A stretch of 59,968 nt of DNA from Acidiferrobacterales bacterium. Lineage in GTDB: Bacteria; Pseudomonadota; Gammaproteobacteria; Acidiferrobacterales; JAJDNE01. The stretch covers positions 1-59,968 of the forward strand of contig JAZFSZ010000093.1 of NCBI GenBank assembly GCA_036446455.1, read 5' to 3'. The position numbers were made by a program, and so were the translations under genes. Shown in pieces: positions 29,401 to 37,822 of the stretch (position 1 is its first letter; each line of letters starts with the position of its first letter). Below the pieces are notes generated by a model. It had not been told where the DNA came from. It did not search any database and saw only the letters and a program-made list of their open reading frames with translations.

Positions 29401-29496
29401 GCAATCCATCCACACCCCACCCAGACTGAGCTCTTTGGTGACATGGCGCGTCGTTTGTTATCTCGATTCCGTCGCAGCGAAGCCCGCAAGAACTAG
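26458..29496 (+). CDS. Fused E2-E3: dihydrolipoamide acyltransferase (2 lipoyl domains, E3/E1-binding domain, catalytic core) joined in frame to dihydrolipoyl dehydrogenase
   Basis: Two lipoyl domains carry ETDKA (Lys45 and Lys162). PSBD is PYARQLAGAHGIDLNHIKGTGADG. E2 active site is DHRIVNG (residue 481). From residue 528 a complete flavoprotein disulfide reductase follows: VVIGGGPGG, redox CLWRGC, C-terminal HPHPTQTE. There is no stop or frame change between the modules. Confidence 0.85.
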   Translation: MSAPYIIKMPQLSDTMTEGTVVSWEKNVGDFIERGTVVATVETDKAIMDVEVFHEGYLSGPVSAIDSVIPVGNAMAILVADKKDVVEGEGVPVITGSLASGTESPGDDAAPAIVVETPEGAHAIKMPQLSDTMTEGTMVAWEKELGEHISRGTIVATVETDKAIMDVEVFREGYLSGPIATVDSVVPVGEAIAFLVDDKSQVLSSERTAGGGGVAMPVAVPKSEPAGTAKPKTHIPAMPHGATPVPRPGNAKATPYARQLAGAHGIDLNHIKGTGADGVIVAADVLNADVQKTSIKRIFQVAGVGRAMNSMEKAVAHNMEYSLSMPLFRVTVNIQPTALKAAAKKASASFTVAIAKAAALAILKHPSINSVYQHEDRIIEREQVDIGLAVETEGMGLVVPVLREAAHRSLPELTADWADLVARARKRRLKPEEYSNPTFTISNMGMIGVAQFDAIPTPGTSAIFAISTAGPDGMPVTITADHRIVNGADAAKFLNTFKGLVENPIWLGGGVATPVAASRGESAIPQGDWDYDVVVIGGGPGGEDCARDLVQYGLKVAMINDSPFPGGECLWRGCIPSKAWRASADRMRDRAHDARLGVKGTNKPEHNWKMLEETRRGILETRGSMALKTDKGVKIDVIQGFARFASDHSVEIDSGGNSKDPHARAVPGDATKTKKVSFGVAVIATGAPPFVPPIEGADSNGVLTSDTVWNLKAAPKRLGVIGAGAIGLEMAQIFADFGAKVTVIEALDRLLQEVEPEIAKTLTTLLEKEKNLTLVTSAKAKKISGKPGEMTLAYEDAEGKKKSFKCDYVVMATGKRPVLEPLALDKAGVAVDKNIIQIDKTGRTSVPHIFAVGDVVGGLMLAHTAGRQGRVAAMTIMGEAAFYDQSKDCGVIFTRPQAAFVGVSMDQAKETGMDAVEVKVPMSIDAKAMINGETDGLIKIVVDKNNHRIVGVHFLADHADTLIGEAVMMVSGEMTLEQVAMAIHPHPTQTELFGDMARRLLSRFRRSEARKN

Positions 29497-29669
29497 CCCA
29501 TCCTCCCCTGTAAGCCCGGCGAGTGCTGTACTTACCGCCGGGAATACCTCGTCTACTGCATTGTGTTGTGTATAATTCCTGCCTTGGCAATTCGTTAACT
29601 GCCTGGTCTGCCGTTTTCGTACGGCAGCCCAGGCAAGTTTTAACTCACTATTGGAGATTGCGCAGAGTC

Positions 29670-30884
29670 ATGTCGCAAGTAAAAAAAGTGGTACTCGCCT
29701 ATTCGGGTGGACTGGATACCTCGGTCATTCTCAAGTGGCTGCATGAAGTCTATGACTGTGAAGTGGTGACGTTTACCGCGGATATTGGGCAGGGCGAAGA
29801 AGTTGAGCCGGCACGGGCCAAGGCCAAAGCGCTGGGCATCAAGGAAATCCATGTCGAGAACTTACGCGAGGAGTTTGCGCGCGACTACGTGTACCCCATG
29901 TTTCGCGCCAATACCATTTACGAAGGCGAATACTTGCTCGGTACCTCCATCGCCCGGCCGTTAATCGCCAAGCGCCTGGTAGAAATTGCCGCTGACACCG
30001 GCGCCGATACGATCTCCCATGGTGCCACTGGCAAGGGAAACGACCAGGTCCGGTTTGAACTTGGTGCTTATGCATTGGCACCTGACATCAAGATTATTGC
30101 ACCGTGGCGTGAGTGGGATCTTAATTCAAGAGAGAAACTGCTGGCCTATGCCGACAAGCATGGTATTGCAGTAGACAAAAAACCGGGTGAAAAATCACCA
30201 TACTCCATGGATGCCAACCTGCTGCATATTTCTTATGAAGGTGGCATCCTGGAAGATCCCTGGGCGGAACCGGAAGCGGGCATGTGGCGCTGGACGGTTT
30301 CCCCCGAGGACGCACCGGATGAAGCCACCTATATCGAGCTGAGTTTCGAGAAAGGAGACATCGTTGCCATTGACGGTGTGGCCATGTCACCAGCGGTGCT
30401 GATGGAGACACTGAACAAGCTTGGCGGTGCCAACGGTATCGGCCGTGATGATATAGTCGAGAATCGCTATGTTGGTATGAAGTCCCGTGGTTGTTATGAA
30501 ACGCCAGCCGGCACTATTATGCTCAAGGCGCACCGGGCGATGGAATCGCTGACGCTGGATCGCGAAGTGGCACATTTGAAAGATGAGCTGATGCCGCGCT
30601 ATGCCAGCCTGATTTACAACGGCTACTGGTGGAGTCCGGAGCGTGAAATGCTGCAACAGATGATTGATGCCTCGCAACAGACAGTTTATGGCAAGGTGAA
30701 GCTGAAACTCTACAAGGGAAATGTCACTATAATAGGTAGGGCTTCTGTAACCAATAGCCTGTTTGATCCAGCCATTGCCACCTTTGAAGACGATGCCGGT
30801 GCCTACGATCAGGCCGATGCCGGCGGGTTTATCAAGCTCAACGCACTACGGCTGCGTATCGCTGCGCGCCTTAAAAAGTCCTGA
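29670..30884 (+). CDS. argG: Argininosuccinate synthase
   Basis: N-terminus [19 protein letters not shown] (ATP pyrophosphatase motif) with the SD GGAG. The track ORF's 49-aa upstream extension is rejected. Confidence 0.9.
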   Translation: MSQVKKVVLAYSGGLDTSVILKWLHEVYDCEVVTFTADIGQGEEVEPARAKAKALGIKEIHVENLREEFARDYVYPMFRANTIYEGEYLLGTSIARPLIAKRLVEIAADTGADTISHGATGKGNDQVRFELGAYALAPDIKIIAPWREWDLNSREKLLAYADKHGIAVDKKPGEKSPYSMDANLLHISYEGGILEDPWAEPEAGMWRWTVSPEDAPDEATYIELSFEKGDIVAIDGVAMSPAVLMETLNKLGGANGIGRDDIVENRYVGMKSRGCYETPAGTIMLKAHRAMESLTLDREVAHLKDELMPRYASLIYNGYWWSPEREMLQQMIDASQQTVYGKVKLKLYKGNVTIIGRASVTNSLFDPAIATFEDDAGAYDQADAGGFIKLNALRLRIAARLKKS

Positions 30885-30987
30885 TTTCCAACCGATTGTG
30901 CCTCGGAATTAACTATACTTATCTGGATAGATTACGATGGCGCTGCGCCATACATTCTCCTGTACACCTAAATTAGGTTAAGCCGGT

Positions 30988-33900
30988 TTGGAATACGATT
31001 CGATATCTGCGCATGCCTTTAAACGTAAATTTGGCCAGCTGATTTTAATCACCTGGCTGGTCCCGCCGGTATTCAGTCTGTCGTTCCTGTTGTTTATCCG
31101 CCTGCTTACGCCTGAACAGATTGGCATCATTCTGCTGACGCCAATCGAACCCGTTTTTATTATTGCATCGCTTCTGTTTGCATACTGGTACCTCAATCGC
31201 TGTATAAAACCGGTGGTGCAATTTCTTGGTGAAGGTGGAATTTTGCTGAGTGAGACTGCGCTGAACAGCATGCGGCGATTTCCTCTTCACTACTGGGGTC
31301 TCTTTATAGCGTACCTGCTACTGGCACCGGCCTCGGTAATTATCGCCGCAGAGATCTACACCGATTTTGTTGCACGTCCAGTGGACTGGTTCCGTATTCA
31401 CCTGGTAGCACTTATCGTCTCCATCATTGTTGGTCTGCCAATCTTTTTCAGAATACTCGATCTTTTTGGTCGGGCCGTCAGCAAAGCGGTGCTTACCAGG
31501 CCTCATGTCACCCTGAAGACAAAAGTTTTTCTAATCGGTGCGTTGGTGCCGCTACTGATCAGTACCACACTGGTGCAGTATTACTGGACGCGAACCGGCT
31601 ATTTCGGTGTCGATACCTTCGCTATGTGGTTAATCCTCGAGTTGCTGGCCATTGTCGGCAGTTTGTTGTTTATGCGAAGTATGGGGCAGTCGCTTCAACC
31701 GCTGCAGGAGTTAATTGAATCGCAGGCGCAAGTGGGTGCGATGGATGTGACGCAAATCCGGGCACTGTCTACCGATGAACTGGGTGTTATTGCTTCAGAT
31801 ATCCGCGTTCTTGCAGAACAGCTGAAACTGCAAAACGAGATTCTGGAAATTCGCAACCAGATACTCGCCGGTTCTTCGTCAGAAATGAAGGAAGAGGCAA
31901 TCATTTCCATTCTTGATATCTGTGATGCCGCGTTTGGAGCGGACAAGTCGTTCATTCTCATGTATGACGCCAGCACCAACGAAATGGTAAATGTGGCCTT
32001 TACCGGCAAAGAATATAATGCCAACGGATATTACCGACTGCCGCTGACCTCGGGTGCATCGTTGGCAGTATTATCTTTCAAGGCTAACCAGACGATTTCG
32101 ATTGCCGATGTCACGCAGGACAAACGTGTGAATCCGTTGGTCATGGAACAGCAGGGCATTCTTTCCTGTATTGCCACACCGCTGCGTTATGGCGACGCTA
32201 TTATTGGCACATTAATCGCGACTTCCAGCACACAACATCGTGAATTTAATGAACGCGATGTTCGGTTGATTGAAGCATTGGCGCAGGAAACGGCGCTGGT
32301 CATACATACGCTGACACTGCACCAGGAGCAACGAAAGGTGGAGCAACGTTATCGCGAGCTCAATGAACTCGCGCCAGACGCGATCTTGTTACTTGACAGC
32401 GACGCCAATATTGTGGAACTCAATCGTACTGCCGAAGTGTTACTGGGGGGCAGGGAAGAAGATCTTGTAGGTAGATCCGTTACAAAGTTTATAAAAAATT
32501 GCGAACCGGAGGATCTTGAAAGCGTAATGTTACGCGCTACTGTCGGTGACAAACGGCTGTTCCAGGCGGAGTTGATTGCCGGCAACAGTGAGGATGTTTT
32601 CGTCGAGATCCATGCCGCGAGGCTTGAATTGGATGGCAAAGTGATGACGCAGGCATTTGTGCGCGATGTAACGCGGCAAAAGGAAGCAGAGAGGGCGCTT
32701 CTGCTTTCCCAGGAAAAGCTTGCCTTACATGTCGAGCAAACTCCTTTGGGTGTGATCGAGTGGAATACGGACTTTGAAGTTGTTGAATGGAATCCGTCTG
32801 CAGAGAAGATATTTGGTTATACAAAAAAAGAAGCATTGTCACGTCACGCGCGCGATTTGATTATACCTGAATCGACTCTGGCGCATGTAGACGAGATCTG
32901 GGCCGCGTTAGTTAACCAAAGTGGAGGATTGCGCAGCACAAACGAGAACATTACTCGCGACAACAACATAATAATCTGTGAATGGTACAACACCCCTTTG
33001 GTTAATGATTCAGGTGATGTGGTTGGAGTGGCATCCCTCGTGCGCGATGTTACCGATAGCAAATTTGCAGAGGACAGCATCCGGCGCTCGGAAAAGGAGC
33101 TAAGCAGCATCCTCAACAGCCTGCAGGATACCTTTTATCGGACCGACGTCGTGGGACGGATTGTAAGAGTCTCACCATCGGTTGAGAATTTGTTGGGGTA
33201 TAAACCCGAAGAACTCCTGGGTACGAAGCTTTCCGATTTGTACGTGGACGAAACAGGACAGAAAGCGCTTATTAGGGAACTGGAAAAACAGAATGGTGTT
33301 ATCAAGGGATACCAGGTGGCACTGTGGCGCAAGGATAAAACTGCAATCTGGGCTTCGACCAATGCCCAGTATTATTTTAGTGACGACGGTAGTATTGCCG
33401 GAGTTGAGGGTACGGCACGTGATATCACCAAGATCCGGCGTACGCAAGAAGAGTTATTCAAGGAAAAAGAACGTGCACAGGTGACACTGGAGTCCATCGG
33501 TGACGGTGTGGTGACGACAGACGTCAGTGGCGGTATTGAGTACATCAATCCAGTGGCAGAACAGATATGTGGCTGGAACCTTGATGCTGCGGAAGGGCAT
33601 AGCTTTGAGGAAGTATTCTGTTTCCTGGAGGAGGTCACGCGCCAGCCAGTTGAAAGTCCCGTCATGCAGTGTCTCGAGAAACGTCATCCTATTTCCTCTG
33701 ACGTCAACATTGTATTGGTCGGGAAACAGGGTCGGGAGTTCGCCATCGAGTTTTCTGCCTCACCGATACGTGATCGTTTCGGCGGGTTGGCGGGCGTGGT
33801 GGTCGGACTGCATGACGTCACCGAGATGCGCGAATTGGCACAGCAACTCACACACCAGGCCACACACGATGCTCTCACCGGGCTGATAAACAGAAGAGAA

Positions 33901-35172
33901 TTCGAGCTACGCCTCAAAGAGGCGTTGCGTAGTGCCAGCTCGGAAGGCATGGAACATGCGCTGTGCTATCTGGATCTCGATCAGTTCAAAGTTGTCAATG
34001 ATACCTGTGGGCACATCGCCGGGGATGAACTGCTCAAGCAGGTAACAGCACGCTTGCGTGAGAAGGTGCGTAAGGCGGATACGCTGGCACGACTGGGTGG
34101 TGATGAGTTTGGCGTGCTATTGCGTGACTGTGGTTTGCCCACGGCAGAAAAAGTGAGCGATGAATTACGCAAGGTGGTGAAGGAGTTTCGTTTTTCCTGG
34201 AAAGATCGCATATTTGAAATCGGTGTCAGTATTGGTCTCGTGCCCATTGATGCCAATAGTGGCACCCTGACTGATATCCTGTCTGCGGCAGACAGCGCCT
34301 GTTATGCCGCCAAGGAACAGGGTCGAAACCGGGTCCACCTGTACCAGCCCGATGACAAGGTACTGGCACAACGTCATGGCGAAATGCAATGGGTTTCCCG
34401 AATCACTACCGCATTGGAAGAGGATCGCCTGGTAATATTCGGTCAGCGAATTCAGTCCCTGAAAAACAGTGCCGGTGATCATTGGGAGATTCTGGTACGT
34501 ATGCATGCTGACCATGGCGGCATCATACCCCCCATGGCGTTCATTCCGGCCGCCGAGCGCTATCATGTTATGCCCGCGATTGATCGCTGGGTGCTTGGGC
34601 GCTCATTCGAACTGATCGCGGAATACACGAAAGAACTGGGAAATCGTGCGCCAATTTTTAATTTTAATCTTTCCGGGCAATCGCTGTCGGATGATACATT
34701 CTGGAAGTTTGTTATTGACCTGATTGATCAACTTGCCATTAATCCGGAGAAAATCTGTTTCGAGATTACTGAAACGGCTGCCATTGCCAACCTCACTCAC
34801 GCGACCCGCTTCATTGCAGTAATGACGGGCATGGGTTGCCGATTTGCACTCGACGATTTCGGAAGTGGATTGAGTTCATTCGCGTACCTCAAAAATCTGA
34901 ACGTTACCTATTTGAAGATTGATGGTGGTTTCGTGCGGGATATGGTTGACGATCCTATTGACTACGCCATGGTGGAATCTATTAATCATGTTGGCCATAC
35001 TTTGGGTATCAAGACCATCGCTGAATTTGTCGAATCAGAAAAGATATTGAATGCGGTAAAAAATCTGGGTATTGACTATGCGCAGGGTTATCAAATTGGC
35101 AAGCCGGTCCCTATAGACGATGACTTCTTTGCAAACCATCTACAAGCCTTCGCAAATAAAGAGGAGTATTAG
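30988..35172 (+). CDS. Large membrane-anchored signalling protein: multi-TM N-terminal domain, GAF, about 4 PAS, GGDEF, EAL
   Basis: 1394 aa. RKAD..GGDEF is canonical. EAL set is EILVRM, FEITET, DDFGSGLSS, KIDGGF, AEFVES. TTG start, so the start is uncertain. Confidence 0.8.
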   Translation: MEYDSISAHAFKRKFGQLILITWLVPPVFSLSFLLFIRLLTPEQIGIILLTPIEPVFIIASLLFAYWYLNRCIKPVVQFLGEGGILLSETALNSMRRFPLHYWGLFIAYLLLAPASVIIAAEIYTDFVARPVDWFRIHLVALIVSIIVGLPIFFRILDLFGRAVSKAVLTRPHVTLKTKVFLIGALVPLLISTTLVQYYWTRTGYFGVDTFAMWLILELLAIVGSLLFMRSMGQSLQPLQELIESQAQVGAMDVTQIRALSTDELGVIASDIRVLAEQLKLQNEILEIRNQILAGSSSEMKEEAIISILDICDAAFGADKSFILMYDASTNEMVNVAFTGKEYNANGYYRLPLTSGASLAVLSFKANQTISIADVTQDKRVNPLVMEQQGILSCIATPLRYGDAIIGTLIATSSTQHREFNERDVRLIEALAQETALVIHTLTLHQEQRKVEQRYRELNELAPDAILLLDSDANIVELNRTAEVLLGGREEDLVGRSVTKFIKNCEPEDLESVMLRATVGDKRLFQAELIAGNSEDVFVEIHAARLELDGKVMTQAFVRDVTRQKEAERALLLSQEKLALHVEQTPLGVIEWNTDFEVVEWNPSAEKIFGYTKKEALSRHARDLIIPESTLAHVDEIWAALVNQSGGLRSTNENITRDNNIIICEWYNTPLVNDSGDVVGVASLVRDVTDSKFAEDSIRRSEKELSSILNSLQDTFYRTDVVGRIVRVSPSVENLLGYKPEELLGTKLSDLYVDETGQKALIRELEKQNGVIKGYQVALWRKDKTAIWASTNAQYYFSDDGSIAGVEGTARDITKIRRTQEELFKEKERAQVTLESIGDGVVTTDVSGGIEYINPVAEQICGWNLDAAEGHSFEEVFCFLEEVTRQPVESPVMQCLEKRHPISSDVNIVLVGKQGREFAIEFSASPIRDRFGGLAGVVVGLHDVTEMRELAQQLTHQATHDALTGLINRREFELRLKEALRSASSEGMEHALCYLDLDQFKVVNDTCGHIAGDELLKQVTARLREKVRKADTLARLGGDEFGVLLRDCGLPTAEKVSDELRKVVKEFRFSWKDRIFEIGVSIGLVPIDANSGTLTDILSAADSACYAAKEQGRNRVHLYQPDDKVLAQRHGEMQWVSRITTALEEDRLVIFGQRIQSLKNSAGDHWEILVRMHADHGGIIPPMAFIPAAERYHVMPAIDRWVLGRSFELIAEYTKELGNRAPIFNFNLSGQSLSDDTFWKFVIDLIDQLAINPEKICFEITETAAIANLTHATRFIAVMTGMGCRFALDDFGSGLSSFAYLKNLNVTYLKIDGGFVRDMVDDPIDYAMVESINHVGHTLGIKTIAEFVESEKILNAVKNLGIDYAQGYQIGKPVPIDDDFFANHLQAFANKEEY

Positions 35173-35239
35173 AAACTATTCGTTGTAGCCCGACCTGGAA
35201 AAGCTGGAAATAACCAATAAAATATTTTGTGGAGTTAAC

Positions 35240-35623
35240 ATGAGGATATTGCACACCATGATCAGGGTGGGTGAGCTGGACCGTTCTATTGAATTTTATT
35301 CTGACGTGCTGGGCATGCAGTTGTTGCGAAAGAAAGATTACCCGGACGGAAAATTTACACTGGCTTTTATAGGTTACGGGCCGGAGTCAGAAGGGGCGGT
35401 CATCGAACTTACCCATAACTGGGAGACCAAAGAATACAGACTTGGAAACGGATTTGGCCACATCGCCATTCAGGTTGATGATGCCTATGCCGCATGCGAG
35501 GCAATAAAAAAGCGTGGCGGTAATGTAGTCCGCGAGGCGGGGCCAATGAAACATGGATCTACCGTCATCGCCTTCATTGAAGATCCAGACGGCTATAAAA
35601 TAGAACTTATCCAGCGGAAATAG
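35240..35623 (+). CDS. gloA: Lactoylglutathione lyase (glyoxalase I)
   Basis: 127 aa. [20 protein letters not shown]...GFGHIA...[12 protein letters not shown] is typical of GloA. Confidence 0.9.
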   Translation: MRILHTMIRVGELDRSIEFYSDVLGMQLLRKKDYPDGKFTLAFIGYGPESEGAVIELTHNWETKEYRLGNGFGHIAIQVDDAYAACEAIKKRGGNVVREAGPMKHGSTVIAFIEDPDGYKIELIQRK

Positions 35624-35851
35624 TTTGGGGCGCCGGCAGCGGTATTTGCTGCTATTTTGCCGCAATCGGTCCTGGCAGCCCGATGGATTTGTTTGCGTGC
35701 TGAAGGCTTGGTAGGAGCCCTCTACCAACGAGGCACAAATCCAGAGGGCGATTTTTTACCTTTGATTAGAAAATGGTTTTGCTCCGCCTGCACTTCAGAA
35801 TTCCTACGGGCTTCACCAAGCACGACGTGCAGGATGCACTAGTGCCGTGAA

Positions 35852-36023
35852 GTGCATGGACGCACGAGAGCGGCCTTCTTCACTGTGCTCAGGTCGCATC
35901 AAGTGCTTCCTTCGCTGTCGCTCGGGTCGCGTCGGGCTTTAACAGCTATTAATCGGGGCTTGCTACCCCAGGCGCATGATGTACAGGAATAAAAATGTCG
36001 CGGGTGCATGGACGCACAAGAAC
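35852..36023. repeat. Two copies of the dispersed 17-nt motif GTRCATGGACGYACRAG plus a 28-nt extended match
   Basis: Copies at 35852-35868 and 36004-36020. A third lies at 55568-55584. The stretch 35996-36023 resembles 55585-55611. Confidence 0.6.
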
Positions 36024-36340
36024 CACCTTTGTCACTTCGTTCGGGGAGCGCCGCAGGGATGCTATGGAGCGGCTGTAGAGCAGCCGTTCTCACACGCCCA
36101 TGGGCATCGCGGCATTTATGCCCGCTTTTCGGGTGCTTGGGCTTCCGCCCATCGCGCAGGGAACAGTTGCCGAGGAAGCCGATAGCGACCCCACGCGAGG
36201 ATAAACATTAATGAACCTGTAGCAAGTAGGGTTAATCGGCGATTGACCCTCGTGGATGTGTGTTCCCTCTTAACACTTCACGCCGATCATCGGCAGCTTA
36301 TGTGAATATTTCTCCGGTTGTGTAAATGCTGAGGTAAAGG

Positions 36341-36368
36341 TTGACAGTGGTTCCGCAAGGCGTAAGCT
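36341..36368 (+). promoter_or_regulatory. Candidate sigma70 promoter for the cox operon
   Basis: TTGACA-N16-TAAGCT, about 95 nt upstream of the coxM ATG. Pattern match only. Confidence 0.25.
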
Positions 36369-36461
36369 TATTTACGTTGGCGTGTTATGAGTTGCCTTGC
36401 GTTGCCGTAGTGTTGTTCCATTAATAGTGTTTATCACATTGGAAAAAAATGGAGGAACTTT

Positions 36462-37331
36462 ATGATACCAGGTACCTTCGAATATCATGCACCGACCAGT
36501 TTGGCTGATGCCGTGTCGTTGCTTGCGCAATACGGTGAAGATGCGAAAATTCTAGCAGGCGGGCATAGTATTTTGCCCATGATGAAACTCCGTTTTGCAG
36601 AGCCTGCGCATCTAATAGATATTAACGGTATTAATGAGTTACGCGGTGTGCGCGAGGAGGGCGGCCAGATTTACATCGGTGCCATGACCACCGAAACCCA
36701 ACTAATTGCATCGCAGTTATTGTGGGATAAATGCCCGCTGATTCCTGAAGCGGCAAAACAGATTGCCGATCCACAAGTAAGAAACAAGGGCACCATTGGT
36801 GGCGATATTGTCCATGGTGATCCCGGTAATGATCATCCTGCCATCATGATGGCCGTCGGTGCCTCGTTTGTGCTAGCCGGTGCCAAGGGTGAGCGCACTG
36901 TCGCTGCCGATGGCTTCTTCCTCGGTACCTATAGCACCCAGCTCGATGAAGGCGAAATCCTGACAGAGATCCAGGTGCCTGTTCCCCCCGCTGGTAGCGG
37001 TTACAGTTTTAGCAAACTGAAACGCAAAACCGGTGACTTCGCTACCGCAGCAGCAGCTGTTCAATTGCAAATGAGCGGCGATACCTGCAGCCAGATCAAT
37101 ATCACCATGATCAATGTTGGCCCAATGGCACTCAAGGCCAGTGATGCCGAGCAACATTTGACTGGCAAAGTGATCGACGAAACCTTAATCATCGAAGCCG
37201 CAGAAAAGGCGATGGCGATTTGTGATCCGGTCGAAGATCTGCGCGGTGACGTTGAATATAAAACCCACATGGCGGGTGAGATGGTGCGTCGCGCCATTCG
37301 TCAGGCCGTGTCTCGGGCGAAAGGGGAATAA
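36462..37331 (+). CDS. coxM: Aerobic CO dehydrogenase medium (FAD-binding) subunit
   Basis: 289 aa. FAD-binding PCMH-type domain (KILAGGHSILPMMKLR), SD GGAGGA, and first gene of an M-S-L triplet. Confidence 0.85.
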   Translation: MIPGTFEYHAPTSLADAVSLLAQYGEDAKILAGGHSILPMMKLRFAEPAHLIDINGINELRGVREEGGQIYIGAMTTETQLIASQLLWDKCPLIPEAAKQIADPQVRNKGTIGGDIVHGDPGNDHPAIMMAVGASFVLAGAKGERTVAADGFFLGTYSTQLDEGEILTEIQVPVPPAGSGYSFSKLKRKTGDFATAAAAVQLQMSGDTCSQINITMINVGPMALKASDAEQHLTGKVIDETLIIEAAEKAMAICDPVEDLRGDVEYKTHMAGEMVRRAIRQAVSRAKGE

Positions 37332-37334
37332 AAG

Positions 37335-37811
37335 ATGGCGAAGACACATATTCAATTCAAGCTGAATGGCCAGGAAGTCGAGGCGCTGGTAGAACCACGT
37401 GAGTTGCTGATACACGTGATCCGTGAACAACTTGGGCAGACCGGTAGTCACATTGGTTGCGAAACCAGCCACTGTGGTGCCTGTACCGTTGACCTGAACG
37501 GCGAGTCGATCAAGTCATGTACTGTGCTGGCCGTACAGGCCAATGGCTGTGAAGTGATGACCATTGAAGGGCTGGCCCTGAATGGTGAACTGCACCCTAT
37601 TCAAGAGGCCTTTATGCAGGAACATGGTCTGCAATGCGGTTTCTGTACTCCGGGCATGATAATACGGGCTTATCGCTTCTTGCAGGAAAACCCTAACCCG
37701 ACTGAAGAAGAGATTCGTTACGGCATGTCGGGCAACCTGTGTCGTTGCACTGGTTACCAAAATATCATCAAGGCAGTTCAAGTGGCTGCCCAGAAAATGC
37801 AATCAGAATAA
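37335..37811 (+). CDS. coxS: CO dehydrogenase small subunit, two [2Fe-2S] clusters
   Basis: 158 aa. Cys motifs [11 protein letters not shown] and CGFCTPGM...CRCTGY. Confidence 0.9.
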   Translation: MAKTHIQFKLNGQEVEALVEPRELLIHVIREQLGQTGSHIGCETSHCGACTVDLNGESIKSCTVLAVQANGCEVMTIEGLALNGELHPIQEAFMQEHGLQCGFCTPGMIIRAYRFLQENPNPTEEEIRYGMSGNLCRCTGYQNIIKAVQVAAQKMQSE

Positions 37812-37822
37812 GGAAGCGTATC

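Noticed and set aside
26458-29496. E2-E3 fusion as a simple annotation artefact of two overlapping genes
   Set aside because: I looked for a stop codon or plausible internal start with an SD at the junction (27980-28040) and found none. The linker is in frame and the first Met after the junction is far inside the E3 domain. An assembly indel cannot be excluded from sequence alone, so the fusion is kept as a finding with that caveat.
29523-29669. N-terminal extensions of track ORFs: argG 29523, coxL 37739, methyltransferase 11773, REC-GGDEF-EAL 19363, ferredoxin 54137, metG 57701, E1-alpha 24329, DUF2063 49844, DoxX 48940, NTF2-like 23980, PilZ 59579
   Set aside because: In each case an internal ATG with an SD-like sequence aligns with the conserved family N-terminus. 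The extension also overlaps a neighbouring gene or promoter region.
35657-36211. Four overlapping 61-69-aa ORFs in the gloA-coxM spacer
   Set aside because: They overlap each other in different frames and lack SD sequences. They coincide with the dispersed repeat motif, so the repeats generate open frames by chance.
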